From Octopus vulgaris (Eukaryota): a DNA stretch of 64,000 nucleotides. Both the position numbers and the translations under genes were made by a program. Below the pieces are notes generated by a model. That model was not told where the DNA came from. It was given only the letters and a program-made list of their open reading frames with translations, and searched no databases. Positions within the stretch are counted from its first letter, which is position 1. Every line of letters begins with the position of its first letter. The stretch spans positions 32,984,001-33,048,000 of the forward strand of contig OX597823.1 of assembly GCA_951406725.2 (NCBI GenBank), read 5' to 3'. Of the stretch, positions 11,835 through 23,619 are shown in pieces.

Positions 11835-14800
11835 CTGAAAACAAAAATTATTTGCTTAGTGATATGATAGAAACAATGATTTGGGAGTGGCATTTACAGA
11901 TTCTCCTTCAGTACATGACTAGTATTTATTGCTCCCTGAAGGATAAAGAGACAATCTGATTGTTACAGGGTTTGTACTTAAAACATAAGAAGGAAACTAA
12001 ATCATCTTCATTTTAATGTTCACTTTTCGATGCTTGCATGGGTTGGGGTAGAATTGGTGGATTTTTCTACAGCTGGATACCCTTCCTGTCACTGACCCTC
12101 ACTTGTTTCCAAGTAAAGTAATACTTCATGGCCATACATGTTTTCCTGGAAGATTGGAAATGAAGGACACTGCTTGCATAATGGTGACACATTATCACAC
12201 CATGTCAAGGCAACGTGACACACATACATATAGGATGGGCTTCTTTCAGTTTTCTTTTACCAAATCTATTCATAAGGCTTTGGTTGGCCCAGAGTTGTAG
12301 TAGAAGACACTTCATGTACAGTGATGTAGACTGAACTTGAAACCATGTGGTTGGAAAGCAAATTTCTTAACCATAAAGCCATACCTACATCGCCACACAA
12401 CCAGGCCTCTGCCTCTTACAGCCATGTTATAAAGATAATTTCAAGCAGATGGTGTTATATCTCGCTGCCTTAGATGGTGTTATAATATTCTTTTCTACTC
12501 TAGGCACAAGACCTGAAATTTTTGGAGAGGGCAGGGCAGTCAATTAGATCGACCTCAGTATGCAACTGGTACTTAATTTATCAACCTTGAAAGGATGAAA
12601 GGCAAAGTCGACCTCAGTGGAATTTGAACTCAGAATGTAAAGACATGAAATACTGCTAATAATTTTGCCTGGCGTGCTGATGTTTCTGCCATCTCACCAC
12701 CTTAGATGGTGTCATAATATTTCTTCATGACCATTTTTAATGTGCTTTTCCATGCTGCCCCATAAGTAAGGCATTTTTGCTTTCTTCCAACCTGAGTCAA
12801 CTTGTCTATGACCTTCCATCCCCAAGTCTGCTTTGGTCAACTTCTCTGGTTTCCTGACATCATTTAAGAAATTAATATATAGACATTGCTGAAGGTATGT
12901 TGAAGAATTAAATTTCCTGGCATGGATATGTCAACATGTACTGGATACACATACACACACACACACATATAACATATATATATATATATATATATATGCG
13001 TGTGTGTATATATATATGTGTGTGTGTATATATATATGTGTGTGTGTGTGTATATATATGTGTGTGTGTGTATATATGTGTGTGTGTGTGTATATATATA
13101 TATGTGTGTGTGTATATATATATATGTATGTATATATATATATTTAAAATATATATATATACACACACATGATTAGCTATATGTATATATGAGATATAGT
13201 CAAAAAGTATCCGACCTTTGGCCAAAATCAAATAATATTAAAAAACTTACCATTTTGATTTGCCTTGGGAATCTACAAACTTCTGCCACTGCTGGAAACA
13301 TTTCTCAAAATCATTTTTTGGGATGTTGTCAAGCTGTGCTATCGAATTTTTCTTAATGTCCTCTGTTGATTCAAATCTCCCTTTGAGTATTTTTTTGAGC
13401 TTTGGGAATAGCCAAAACTCACATGGAGCCAAGGCTGAGGAGTAGGAAGCCTGACAAACAAGTGGTGTGTTTTGCTTAAGGTGGAAATTTTGGGACGACA
13501 TGAGCAGGTGCTTTGTCATGGTGGAGCTACCAGTTCTTTGCTGCCCACAGGTTGGGTCATTTTCATTGCACAGCTTCACAAAGGCAATGAAAATCTTTTG
13601 CAATCATTTCTATTAGTTGATGGTCTGCCACAATGTGGCTCACTGTCCACAGAGGTCTAGCCATCTTTGAACTGGTAGTACTACTCCTTTATTTGTATTT
13701 TTCCCATAGCATCATCTCCAAAAGTCTTCTGAATCTTCTCAATAGTCTGGGCTTGCATATCACCAAGCTTTTGGCAGAATTTGATACAGTATCTTTGCTC
13801 AATGCACTCAGTCATCTTGACTCAAAAAGAAAAATTGCACAGCACACTCTTCACGTCTGCACTCAACATGTCGGTGCAAGCGAATGGCGCAACCTGCAGA
13901 CAAAAAGTTTTGTGCATGCTCAGGAAGGACATGGCCACATAATACTCATGCAGTTTTTGCACACACGTTATCATTTTGTGCAAAAAAAATCAAGGTTGGA
14001 CACTTTTTGACTACACCTCATATATATAATGGACATGTGAAAGATCTGATGCATGCTGGAGAAATATTCTACACAGTATAGTATCCTAACTTAATTCTAC
14101 ATTATTTAGTACCCTACACTGAACTCTACACTATTGTACCCCTACACTTTACACAATATTGTACCTTATACTTAATTCTACACAATACAGTACCTCTACA
14201 TTATATAGAACCCCTACAGTCAACTCTATGTAATATAGTACCTCTCTACTTAACTGTGGTACAGATCAAAGACTAAAACTAGCAGGTTAGATACTCTGGC
14301 TACCAGAACAACACCATTCTGAAACAGCTTTCAAATGGACCCACAAGAGAGAAACACTGGGAACTACATGCCACTGAATGTTCACAACTAACATGCAAGA
14401 GACCAATCTGGCATGGCCTGATGCTGAGAAAACTGCAGCCTACAGAAACCAGTGACTTCAATTTGCTTCTTAATGTGTTTGAGAGTACAGAAGGAATTCA
14501 AACTGAATAAATATTTTATTGTACACAAAGTAATACTTCTACAGTTACTCCATACAATACGGTACTTTACGATAACACTTCCAATATAGTATCTCTTTAA
14601 TTCTACTCAATAGGGTATCCCTGCTGTTAACTCTACATTATATGCTTTTTTAATGGCTTTTTGTCTTGCAAGTTAGTTGGTCACCTCACTAATGTTGGTG
14701 CCATGCATACAGCACCCAATACACTCTGTAAAGTAGTTGGTGGTAGGAAGAGTGTCCAGCTGTAGAAACCATGCCAATGCAGACATTGGAGCTTGGTGCG

Positions 14801-17704
14801 GTCTTGACATGCCAGCTCTTGTCAAACTGTCCAATTCATGCCAGCATGGAAGGAGGATTTTAAATGATGCAGCATGACATGAAAGAAGCATGGAAGGAAA
14901 ATGTTAAATGATAAACCTACATTTTGTTACATAAACTCATTTTACTAAATCATCTGATCTTCATAGTTCAAACAATTGAGAGTGAACATATGTGGAGATG
15001 CCAATAATTTAGTAATAACATAATTTCTCTAGAACAGAACGTTTTAATTTTAAAAGTTCTGATATTTAACCACTCTTTTCTTCGATTTGTCTGTTGTCTT
15101 TAAATAAAGGATTAATTAAAATAGTTATTACTCTGTCAAAATGTAAGATGAAGCCAGTCAGTGCCATAAATTAACAAAGATTTCCTTCACATCAGTTTCA
15201 CTGAACTTTGGTGCTATTTAGAATAAAAAGCAGAAAAGCATAACTTTTACGTATAATCCATTGTTTAGATATTCTCTACAGCAGTTTCGATGCCATGTTA
15301 CATCATTATTTTTACAATTAGGTAATTAAAATACATAATAATTATTTATTTATCATGTTGACAACATATTTCTCTGAACTCTTTAATTATTTTCTTTCTC
15401 ATATTTGAAAATGAAAATCTTTCCCAAAATATTATAGAATCTTTGAACAACATATGCAAAGTAATAAAATGTCTTTTCTCTTTCTTTTCATTTATTGACT
15501 TCACATCACATATTTTGTCTAACTTCTCATCTGTGTTACCCCCAATTTTTCTTTTTTTTTTCAAAGATTTATATCATTTACAATTTATTTCTACATTTTG
15601 CTGATATCTGTTTACCTTTTTGCTGGTTCAGAAAGCAATATGCTTGTATCGCGTAGGCAGGGTCGAGAAGATGAAATTTAACAAACAGATTGTTCATCTC
15701 TATGTTGTATTGTTCTTCACTGCACTGTCCAGTGATGATTCGTTTCATTATAAGTCGGGTCCACTCAGGTTGCTTCAGCCACTGTAGCAAATTTTCAGCC
15801 CATTTATTCCTGCCAGAGACAAAAGAGTCAATAAAGGAAGAGCAAAACAATCCTATTTGTGATAATATTTCCACATTTAACCAATTCGTGCAATGAACCA
15901 AAGATGTTGGAAGTAAAGAACATTGGTTGCGGAAACCTGAAACAAGAAACTAAACTCATCACCTGGTTTAAAACACCTTCACACATCGACAACCAGTGTC
16001 ATCACATTTACAATGACAACTTGATTGCAGACCCTGGCCTGGAATGTATCCAGGACCTTGAGGCAGAAATAATGGACCGAGAGGTGTGGTGGATGGACTT
16101 TGTTGCTGTGGCCCAGGTTGGGACCTGGCCATAACAATAAGATCTTGAGTACCCTGGCCATAATAATAAATAAGATCTTGGGTACCCTAGTCATAACAAT
16201 AAATAAGATCTTGGGTGCCCTGGCCATAACAATAAGATCTTTTGCAAATATTCATGCTAGGTTTCTGCTCTAAATATAACTTTCTCCCTTCCTTATATCA
16301 GTCCAAGAAATCTTAAAAAGAGTTCACAGCAGCTGTTCTTCCTCCTCTGCATAAACTATTAAACTCTAAACACTAAAGAGAAAGATACAGATGGAATCTC
16401 ATATTACAGCTCATATCACAGTCAATTTAAATAGTGCGGTGTATAATAAATGATACACCCAACAATGTTGGCTATGTTTATTACTAGACAGTCCCTAGCC
16501 ATAAATATCTCTCTCTGAGGCATCTTCAATGTTATATTTTATTGGTAACATCACTGAATGTACAAGACTATGAGAGTTCCAGGATCTCTTGGGAGACATC
16601 TCCCCAGCAACATATATCTTTGCTTCTATCTTCAGTGCCATCTGGTGGTTGTCATAACAATGTAATTGATTCTCAGTCATCCTTTTATTGATGTCATTGT
16701 AAAGTGACATGAGACTTTATCATCACCCATTTGAAACAGAACAACAACAGACTCACTACTGTCACTTGAACCCTCTAACACATTACTTATTGGTTGACTA
16801 GATACAACAGAACTCCACCTGCCATTTCATCTCCTCAAAGCTTCTAAATTCCAATAACTGAATACCCAAGTTGATATCATTGGCTTGAGTATTTGACTCT
16901 TATTTATTTTATCTACTCTGAAAAGAAGAAAAGCAAGCTTGACCTTTGTAATTTACATAAGCACAAGGTCACACATTTTGATGGAGTAGAATATTTAATT
17001 CAATCATCCCCAACCCACAACTTGAATGTTATTTCATTACTCCTGGAAGGATGATATGCAGAGTTGAATGTAAAGGACAATACTAGTATAGAGTAGCCCT
17101 ACAGTAATCACAGTAGGATGTACCACCGCTACAACAACCACAATTAGACTAAAGCACAAATTGTAATATGTGAAAGAAAGCAGAAAGAGAAAGCTGCCAC
17201 TTACCCACCATTATCCACAAAGTCTTTGAAACATATTCTGGAAGATTCTTTTACAACTTGTGGGTAGACAAGTGTATAGAGGCAAAAACCTAATGTTAGA
17301 AAATTGGAATATATATATATATCTATATATATAAAACTGAGAATGTGTGTGTGTGTCTATCTGTCTGTCTGTATGTATGTATGTGTGCAACTCTAAAACT
17401 CAAGAACTAACCAAACAATTTCATTCATGTTTTACACATGCCTTACTTAGGGTCCATGTAGTGTCATGGTCCAAAAAACTTTCAACTTCTTGCCTAATGT
17501 GAGCCCAGAGCAATCTCCTATCTCTCACACTATTTCAGTATTTCATGTGAAAAGTGAAACAATAACATCTTTCAGTTTAATAATTTTAATTTTAATATTG
17601 AAACTATTATCTTACATATATACATGCATATATAAACACACGCACATATATATATATATATATATGCATGTATATATGTGTATATACATCTGCACATATA
17701 TATG

Positions 17705-17736
<32 letters not shown>

Positions 17737-17800
17737 GATGTATGTGTATAGATGTATATGTATATAATATAAATAATAAATATAAACGATGATGATGATG

Positions 17801-17831
<31 letters not shown>

Positions 17832-20428
17832 TATATATACAGATGTATATGTACATGCTTACATCTATACGTATATATATATATATATGCATGTGTGTGT
17901 GTGTTTGTGGGCACAGAACGTTACAGAGCATGTACAACAAAAGAGTACGAAGCACGAGTACATGGAACATGAACTATTCTTTCAAACAATGATGACACAA
18001 ATGGAAAACAAAACAAACAACATAAAGAATTACCCGTCATCAGTTATTAGCTGTTTTTCTAGTCTCGTATTTCAAGCAAAGTATGTTTAATACTTTCACT
18101 ATTAATATTGAAACTATTATCTTACATATATACATGCATATATAAACACACGCACATATATATATATATATGCATATATAAACACACGCACATATATATA
18201 TATATATGCATATATAAACACACGCACATATATATATATATATATATATATATGCATGTATATATGTGTATATACATCTGCACATATATATGTCTCATGT
18301 TTGATCTTTGACTTCTGGCCGAAATCAGATCGCCATGTTGATTCGCTAGCTTCTGCACGCATATTTTTTTCTCTCCTTCTTTCTGTGATTTTTTTCTCTG
18401 TGTATCTTTCTGTTGAAGAGCGTAGGCTCGAAACGTTAAAGACTTGTTTTATTTATATTTCCTGAGTGCCATACTAATACAATTGTTTGTTTGTATTCCA
18501 CCTGCCTTTGTCTTTTGTTTATTTCCGTAAACCTGCCTTCGTCTTTTGTCTATTTTCATAAAGCTTCCCATTATATATATATATATATATATGTAAAAAT
18601 ATATGTATGCATGTGTTCTGCTTTTTATATTTAACCCTACAGCCTCTTATGTGGTGGTTTAATAAAGTATGTGATTGAGTATTATCTGGTAATGGATATT
18701 TGATTTAGATGTATTTCTCCATTTTCTTATCTTGTATATATATATATATATATATATGTAGGTACAGGAGGTGGTCAAACTCTGCATAAGGAGTAGACAA
18801 CCACCATGTATACATGTGTATATATATATGTGTGTATGTATATATGTATATATGTGTATGTGTGTGTGTGTGTCTCTCTCTGTCTGTCTGTGTTTGTACC
18901 TCCACCATTGCTTGACAACTGATATTGCTGTGTTTACGTCCCCATAACTTAGCCATTTGACAAAACACTCTCATAGAATAAGTACTTGGCTTATAAAGAA
19001 TAAATCAGGTAGCTGATTTATTCAACTAAAGCATGTCCACAGTCACATGACCGAAACAAGTAAAACTATGAAAAAACTATACCATTTTAATCCCAAGTAA
19101 CATTGAGTATCTCTGCTAGTATATATATGTATGCATACATACACATACACACCACACGCACACACTTCCCCTTCCCCACACACATACACAAACATTAGAC
19201 ACATGCTCACACACACATAATGTTCATCTCTCCTTATCCACCCCATACATCTCGCACTCTTCCCATGCATTATGTCTGTCTCCCATCACTCCATCACACT
19301 CCTGCAACCTACCTGCCCATACATCATCTCTCTCTCTCTCTCATCTTTGTGTGTGTGTGTGTGTATAGCAGCAGTCCCATCCCAGATATGAAACCATTCC
19401 TTCATTACAGGTCACACGTTATGTCTTGTAGTTGTTCAAGACAGAGTATTTTCTGGCTTTGAGCTGTAGTTTTTACTGTGTTACTGAAGTGTGTTCCCTA
19501 TAAGACACCGTTAATGACAGTGAGGTCCAGCAAGTGAAGCAATCAAGAGGGTTTTAGTTGTGTGCTGGTCATGTTTAAGGGTTTAAGGGTGCATGTGTAA
19601 CAATGTTTTCTGGATGTGTGCAGTGATTGTAATATTTGTCTGTTGCTGAAGGTGGCAGGTGTTAAGATTGGCACGACCATACTGGAGGAGATTTTCAATG
19701 TCTACTGCTCTGGTGGAATGAGAGGTATTAATGGGGTGGTTTGAGATGTATTGCTGGTGTGACGATTAGGATTTAGTGTGAGGTGCACTACAGGGGTCAA
19801 ACACTGTTCTACAGGAATATTATGTATATCTGGGGCAGTAGCATAGCTAAGGATGATGGAATGGGCAGTTTGCCTGAGGCAGCACTTTTTATAGAAATGG
19901 CACATTGGGGTTTGCTGTATAAGCTGTACTGGTCCAGCAGGAGCAGGGGACAAACTCAGTGGCTGTCTCCTGGTGGCTCATACACTAGCTACAACACTGA
20001 TCATTGATAGGGTTTGAATATTTAACAGAATGAGGAATTAGTCTGGATCAGAACTTACCAAGTTTTTTCCAAGCCAACCCTGAATAGATTTCATTTAAAC
20101 ACTTATTCACTTCAGTCCGTCGAATGGTCGTGTGGAAACGAAACTCATCTTTATGTCTGCTGATTACATCAGCAGTGATGGCTGTGGACAAATTTGATAG
20201 TGAGAAAATTGTCTGATCAATTTCTTGATATAAAGGATTTGGTTTTGTGTCTGCAAAGAATATTTCATGAACATTTGGTTCCATTTTGAGAGCATTCAGT
20301 AAAAGTATCCTGGCAGCTTCTTGAGCCCGGTCTCGACCTTTTTTATCATAAGGAGAGAGATTATAAAGTGTGACAACATTTAGCTTTTTACTGGTTAAAC
20401 TACAAATTGAAGACCTTGACGAGTTCAT
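11560..20428 (-). CDS. Uncharacterised 307-aa protein with C-terminal polybasic-CaaX motif; join(complement 20428-20059,17289-17205,15809-15616,11834-11560)
   Basis: ATG at 20428 (aaaATGa, in-frame TAG upstream). Donors G|gtaagt, GG|gtaagt, G|gtaaac; acceptors cattag, tcttttgtctctggcag, ttttcag. Phases 1/2/1 fit and the total is 924 nt = 308 codons without an internal stop. The sequence is complex and non-repetitive: MNSSRSS...[28 protein letters not shown]...GLAWKKLG|[10 protein letters not shown]...DNGG|[16 protein letters not shown]...NQQK|[10 protein letters not shown]...LKDRCVLM*. Confidence 0.8.
12490..12702 (-). mobile_element. tRNA-derived SINE, family B
   Basis: ggcacaagacctgaaattt...ggatgaaaggcaaagtcgacctc...gaatttgaactcagaa (B-box-like gagttcaaattc on the minus strand). 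Confidence 0.8.
12945..13170. repeat. Compound (CA)/(TA)/(TG) microsatellite
   Basis: Direct inspection; source of three spurious ORFs. Confidence 0.95.
13188..14022 (-). mobile_element. Internally deleted mariner (Tc1/mariner) transposon with both TIRs
   Basis: TIRs tatgagatatagtcaaaaagtatccgacctt / aaggttggacactttttgactacacctcata flanked by TA. The remnant transposase [26 protein letters not shown]...CFQQW is a decayed YSPDLAPxD motif. Length about 835 bp. Confidence 0.92.
14060..14260. repeat. Degenerate approximately 31-bp minisatellite (also near 14550-14640)
   Basis: Recurring ttctacacaatatagtacc(c)ctacacttaa-like units. Confidence 0.6.
15616..15809 (-). CDS. Uncharacterised CaaX gene, coding exon 3 ([10 protein letters not shown]...CFLNQQK)
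   Basis: Long pyrimidine tract plus cag|G; AAAG|gtaaac donor; a second acceptor at 15936 is also possible. Confidence 0.75.
16124..16240. repeat. About 28-32-bp tandem repeat x4
   Basis: ccctggccataacaat(aaat)aagatcttgggta. Confidence 0.85.
17205..17289 (-). CDS. Uncharacterised CaaX gene, coding exon 2 ([29 protein letters not shown])
   Basis: cattag|GT and GG|gtaagt; its only open frame bridges the phase-1 donor and the phase-2 acceptor. Confidence 0.7.
17322..17600 (+). mobile_element. Non-autonomous Helitron-like 5' portion
   Basis: A|TCTATATATATAAAA start followed by a (TGTC)/(TGTA) tract, the same layout as the element at 38048-38415; 3' end not identified. Confidence 0.5.
18360..18572 (+). 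mobile_element. Penelope-like terminal repeat with hammerhead-like motif; related copies at about 7452-7575 (-) and 52277-52410 (-)
   Basis: TCTTT-CTGTTGA-A-GAGC(GTAG)GCTC-GAAA-CG-TT-AAAGA at 18405-18442; downstream taatac...acctgc...gtcttttg shared by three copies. Confidence 0.6.
20059..20428 (-). CDS. Uncharacterised CaaX gene, first coding exon (acceptor at 20590, 162-nt leader)
   Basis: ORF 20048..20428 runs into a canonical G|gtaagt donor at 20059/20058. Confidence 0.82.
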
Positions 20429-20590
20429 TTTCCTGAAGATTCTCTTAGTCTATGTATAGTTATTTTTCTAGAATCTGTTCTTTGTGTTCCAATCCTGCGA
20501 TTCTTCACTTCTGTCATACCACATGGAAATACTGAGGAGTTGAATGGCTTTCTTTAGTAATCATTGTAAATGTGTGTCTGTTATCTGCAT
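20425..20590 (-). promoter_or_regulatory. Chain of upstream ORFs joined by AUGA overlaps in the leader of the CaaX gene
   Basis: uORF1 20590-20561 (9 aa), uORF2 20564-20514 (16 aa), uORF3 20517-20425 (30 aa); each TGA overlaps the next ATG, and the last one is the main ATG. A fourth, nested uORF lies at 20524-20468 (18 aa). Confidence 0.55.
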
Positions 20591-20957
20591 CTGAAAGTAA
20601 AATATATATAATAAGGAACCAAATTAATATAAATCTAAATGATTTTAAATTACAAAAATTAGATTTATATACTCAAAAAACAGCAGAGCACCCATGAGTT
20701 TTGGAAACATGTTCAAAATTGTCAAAGTGTAGAACAAACTCTCAACATCAGTTGTTAGCTGTCAGGACACAAATGCATCTTTCAACAATTCTGTGGTTCT
20801 CAAAATTCCTAACATGCCCTGCATTCTTTCCTCTTTATGGCTCTTTTATTGTTCGCTTTTCTGTCTTTTTTGTGTTTTATCATGTGTATTGTGCATGTAC
20901 TTTTGGCTTTCATTGCTGTCTTCCTTTAATTTACTTAATAAACTGTTTTCTAAAGCT

Positions 20958-21395
20958 GTGAGCTGGCAGAAACGTTAGCACACCGGGTGAAATGCTTAAC
21001 GGTATTTCATCTGTCTTTACGTTCTGATTTAAAATTCTCCCGAGATCGACTTTGTCTTCCATCCTTTCGGAGTTGATAAATTAAGTACCAGTTGCGTACT
21101 GGGATTGATCTAATCAACTGGCCCCTCCCTACTCCCCCAAAATTTCGGGCCTTGTGCCTAAAGTAGAAAAGAATATTTTGAAGGTGGTGAGCTGGCAGAA
21201 ATGTTAGCACACCAGGCGAAATGCTTAGCAGTATTTCATCTGTCTTTATGTTCTGAATTCAAATTCTGCCGAGGGCAACTTTGTCTTTTGTCCTTTTGGG
21301 ATCAATAAATTAAGTACCTGTGGTGTACTGGGGTTGATCTAATCGACTGCCCACCCCCTCTCCAAAAAATTTTGGGCCTTGTGCCTAGAGTAGAA
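20958..21395 (+). mobile_element. Two tandem SINE family B copies (20958-21170, 21182-21395)
   Basis: gagctggcagaaacgttagcacaccggg...ttctg.ttcaaattc...aaatttcgggccttgtgcct repeated twice. Confidence 0.85.
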
Positions 21396-21923
21396 AAAAA
21401 TAAACTGTTTTCTGTCTCTTCTTTTACACTTTTCTGCCAATTTAGAGTGCACCTGTGCAGTGCATACAATAAGTTCATTATCATATTTTTGAAAAATAAT
21501 TTTTGAGAAAACCATGTGCATTATAGTTTCATTTGTAGAGCTATTTAGACAGGGCTTTATATAATTCTGGTGGTGGTAATATACTGAAAGACATTTGAGA
21601 AAATAAAATGTAATTATTATTGTCTGCTCTACTAAAGACACAAAGCCTGGAGTTTTGTGTATCCTTAATACAGTTCTCAAGCAGAATTAGTATGACATGT
21701 AACAATTATTTTCTTAACTAATTAACAAGTCTTATTATTAGCAATGTGTCAACTAATTATAAAACTCTATTATATAATTATCTCATCAAAATGGAGCATG
21801 TCCCAGCTGGTCCAATTTATTTCAGATCAGCTCCACCCATCATTGTAACAAGTTTTACTTGCTTTTTTGTTATTTTGTTTTGTTCTATTTATTAATGAAA
21901 CAATATTCCTATATTCCTTTTTA

Positions 21924-21964
<41 letters not shown>

Positions 21965-22778
21965 GTGTGTTGCTTTCTCTTTCTTTCTCTCTCTCTCACA
22001 CACACATTCCCAGCAACATTCATTCCAAATTCAGCAGACCTAATTGAACTTGTTCTTCTCTAATCACATTTAGACATTTTTTAAAATTCAACATCACACA
22101 TCACACACACTATACAAAGCTCTTCCATCATTTATCTTACACACACCACGTATAGTTCTCCACATTCACTGTACATGTTTCCCAACACTACATTATTACA
22201 TATCAGAACAGCCTCCCTTTTAAACTGGACAAATTATGGCATAACATTAACCACAGAAATAATAACTTGAACTGTGTACCGTTTTCCCCACAATGTCAAC
22301 TTGACAAAGTTTATAGTTCCTCTCATTTCACTAGCTGTGGACATACACGTATAAAAATAGATGTCCTGATAGAATCAGAATGAATCCTTTTGGCTGAATG
22401 TTGGTGTGAGAAGGTAGGGTCCATCAATGAAGGAAATACTAATACACATATATGATGATATATATATATAAATATATACAATACAATATACAAAAGAGGA
22501 GGATCTAAGTGAAACAGTGTTGTTCAATACAAGTATTTTAAACATCTATAAGTATGTAATTACACGGGTAATGATTGCTCTAATTGTGTGCAAATACCTG
22601 TTAATTATAAGTAGAAGAGTAGCGAGTTAAAGACTTTGGTAAACTCTCATTTGATAGAAGAAAAACTCATTATTCTGTGTTGTTCTTAATCTGTTTTTCT
22701 ACTTATTTTCTGATAATACAATGTTGACAAGGTGTGTGTGCATGTGTGTGTGTGTGTGCATGCATGCATATATTTATA

Positions 22779-23544
22779 TTCCCTTCTCTCCCCCTCTTGT
22801 TACATTGTCGTCTGTCTGGACTCCTCTCTTCCTACCACCCGCCATGGCTATTGCATACTTAAACTAGTAAACTGCCTCATTCTTGATTCCGAATTCCTTT
22901 TGCCAAGTCTGTCCGTAAACGAAGTGATCTCAAGATAAGAAATCTTTGAACTTTAATTCATCCGTATCTCTATTTATTATTATTATTTATTAATTATTAT
23001 TATTCTGATCCCCCTAGTCGCCACTCTGTTTACTATTTCAGCCTCGCCTCGCCTCGCCTCGTTTTGCATATTCTGTATAATTCACTAGTTATCATTATTG
23101 ATATTTTTTAAGATCTATCTCCCTTATAGAAATTGGCTGCCGATTCTTCGCGGGGTTTTTCTTTTTCTCTTCCCTTCTCTCCCCCTCTTGTTACATTGTC
23201 GTCTGTCTGGACTCCTCTCTTCCTACCACCCGCCATGGCTATTGCATACTTAAACTAGTAAACTGCCTCATTCTTGATTCCGAATTCCTTTTGCCAAGTC
23301 TGTCCGTAAACGAAGTGATCTCAAGATAAGAAATCTTTGAACTTTAATTCATCCGTATCTCTACTTATTATTATTATTTATTAATTATTATTATTCTGAT
23401 CCCCCTAGTCGCCACTCTGTTTACTATTTCAGCCTCGCCTCGCCTCGCCTCGTTTTGCATATTCTGTATAATTCACTAGTTATCATTATTGATATTTTTT
23501 AAGATCTATCTCCCTTATAGAAATTGGCTGCCGATTCTTCGCGG
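22779..23544. repeat. Near-identical 391-bp-period tandem duplication
   Basis: 22779-23153 is repeated at 23170-23544; the differences I see are in the (TTA)n tract. Confidence 0.95.
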
Positions 23545-23619
23545 CGCGCCCGCCCTACCCACCCCCACCACCAATACCGGATATCTCTATTTTGCTCCAA
23601 CTATACCGGATGTCGTTTT

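Noticed and set aside
12864-13231. ORFs rich in Y/I/H/T/C/V (also 17466-18465, 28844-29282, 37260-37682 and others)
   Set aside because: Translations of (TA)n/(TG)n/(CA)n microsatellites
16495-16710. 71-aa minus-strand ORF inside the CaaX gene as an extra exon
   Set aside because: No convincing AG acceptor or GT donor, and exons 2 and 3 already join in phase
19440-20040. Possible decayed Penelope C-terminal/GIY-YIG region on the minus strand
   Set aside because: Only vague motif-like fragments; could not be supported without a search
20429-20590. N-terminal extension of the CaaX protein from ATG 20590 by stop-codon editing or readthrough
   Set aside because: That frame has three stops (TGA, TAG, TAG) before the main ATG; recoding all three is implausible
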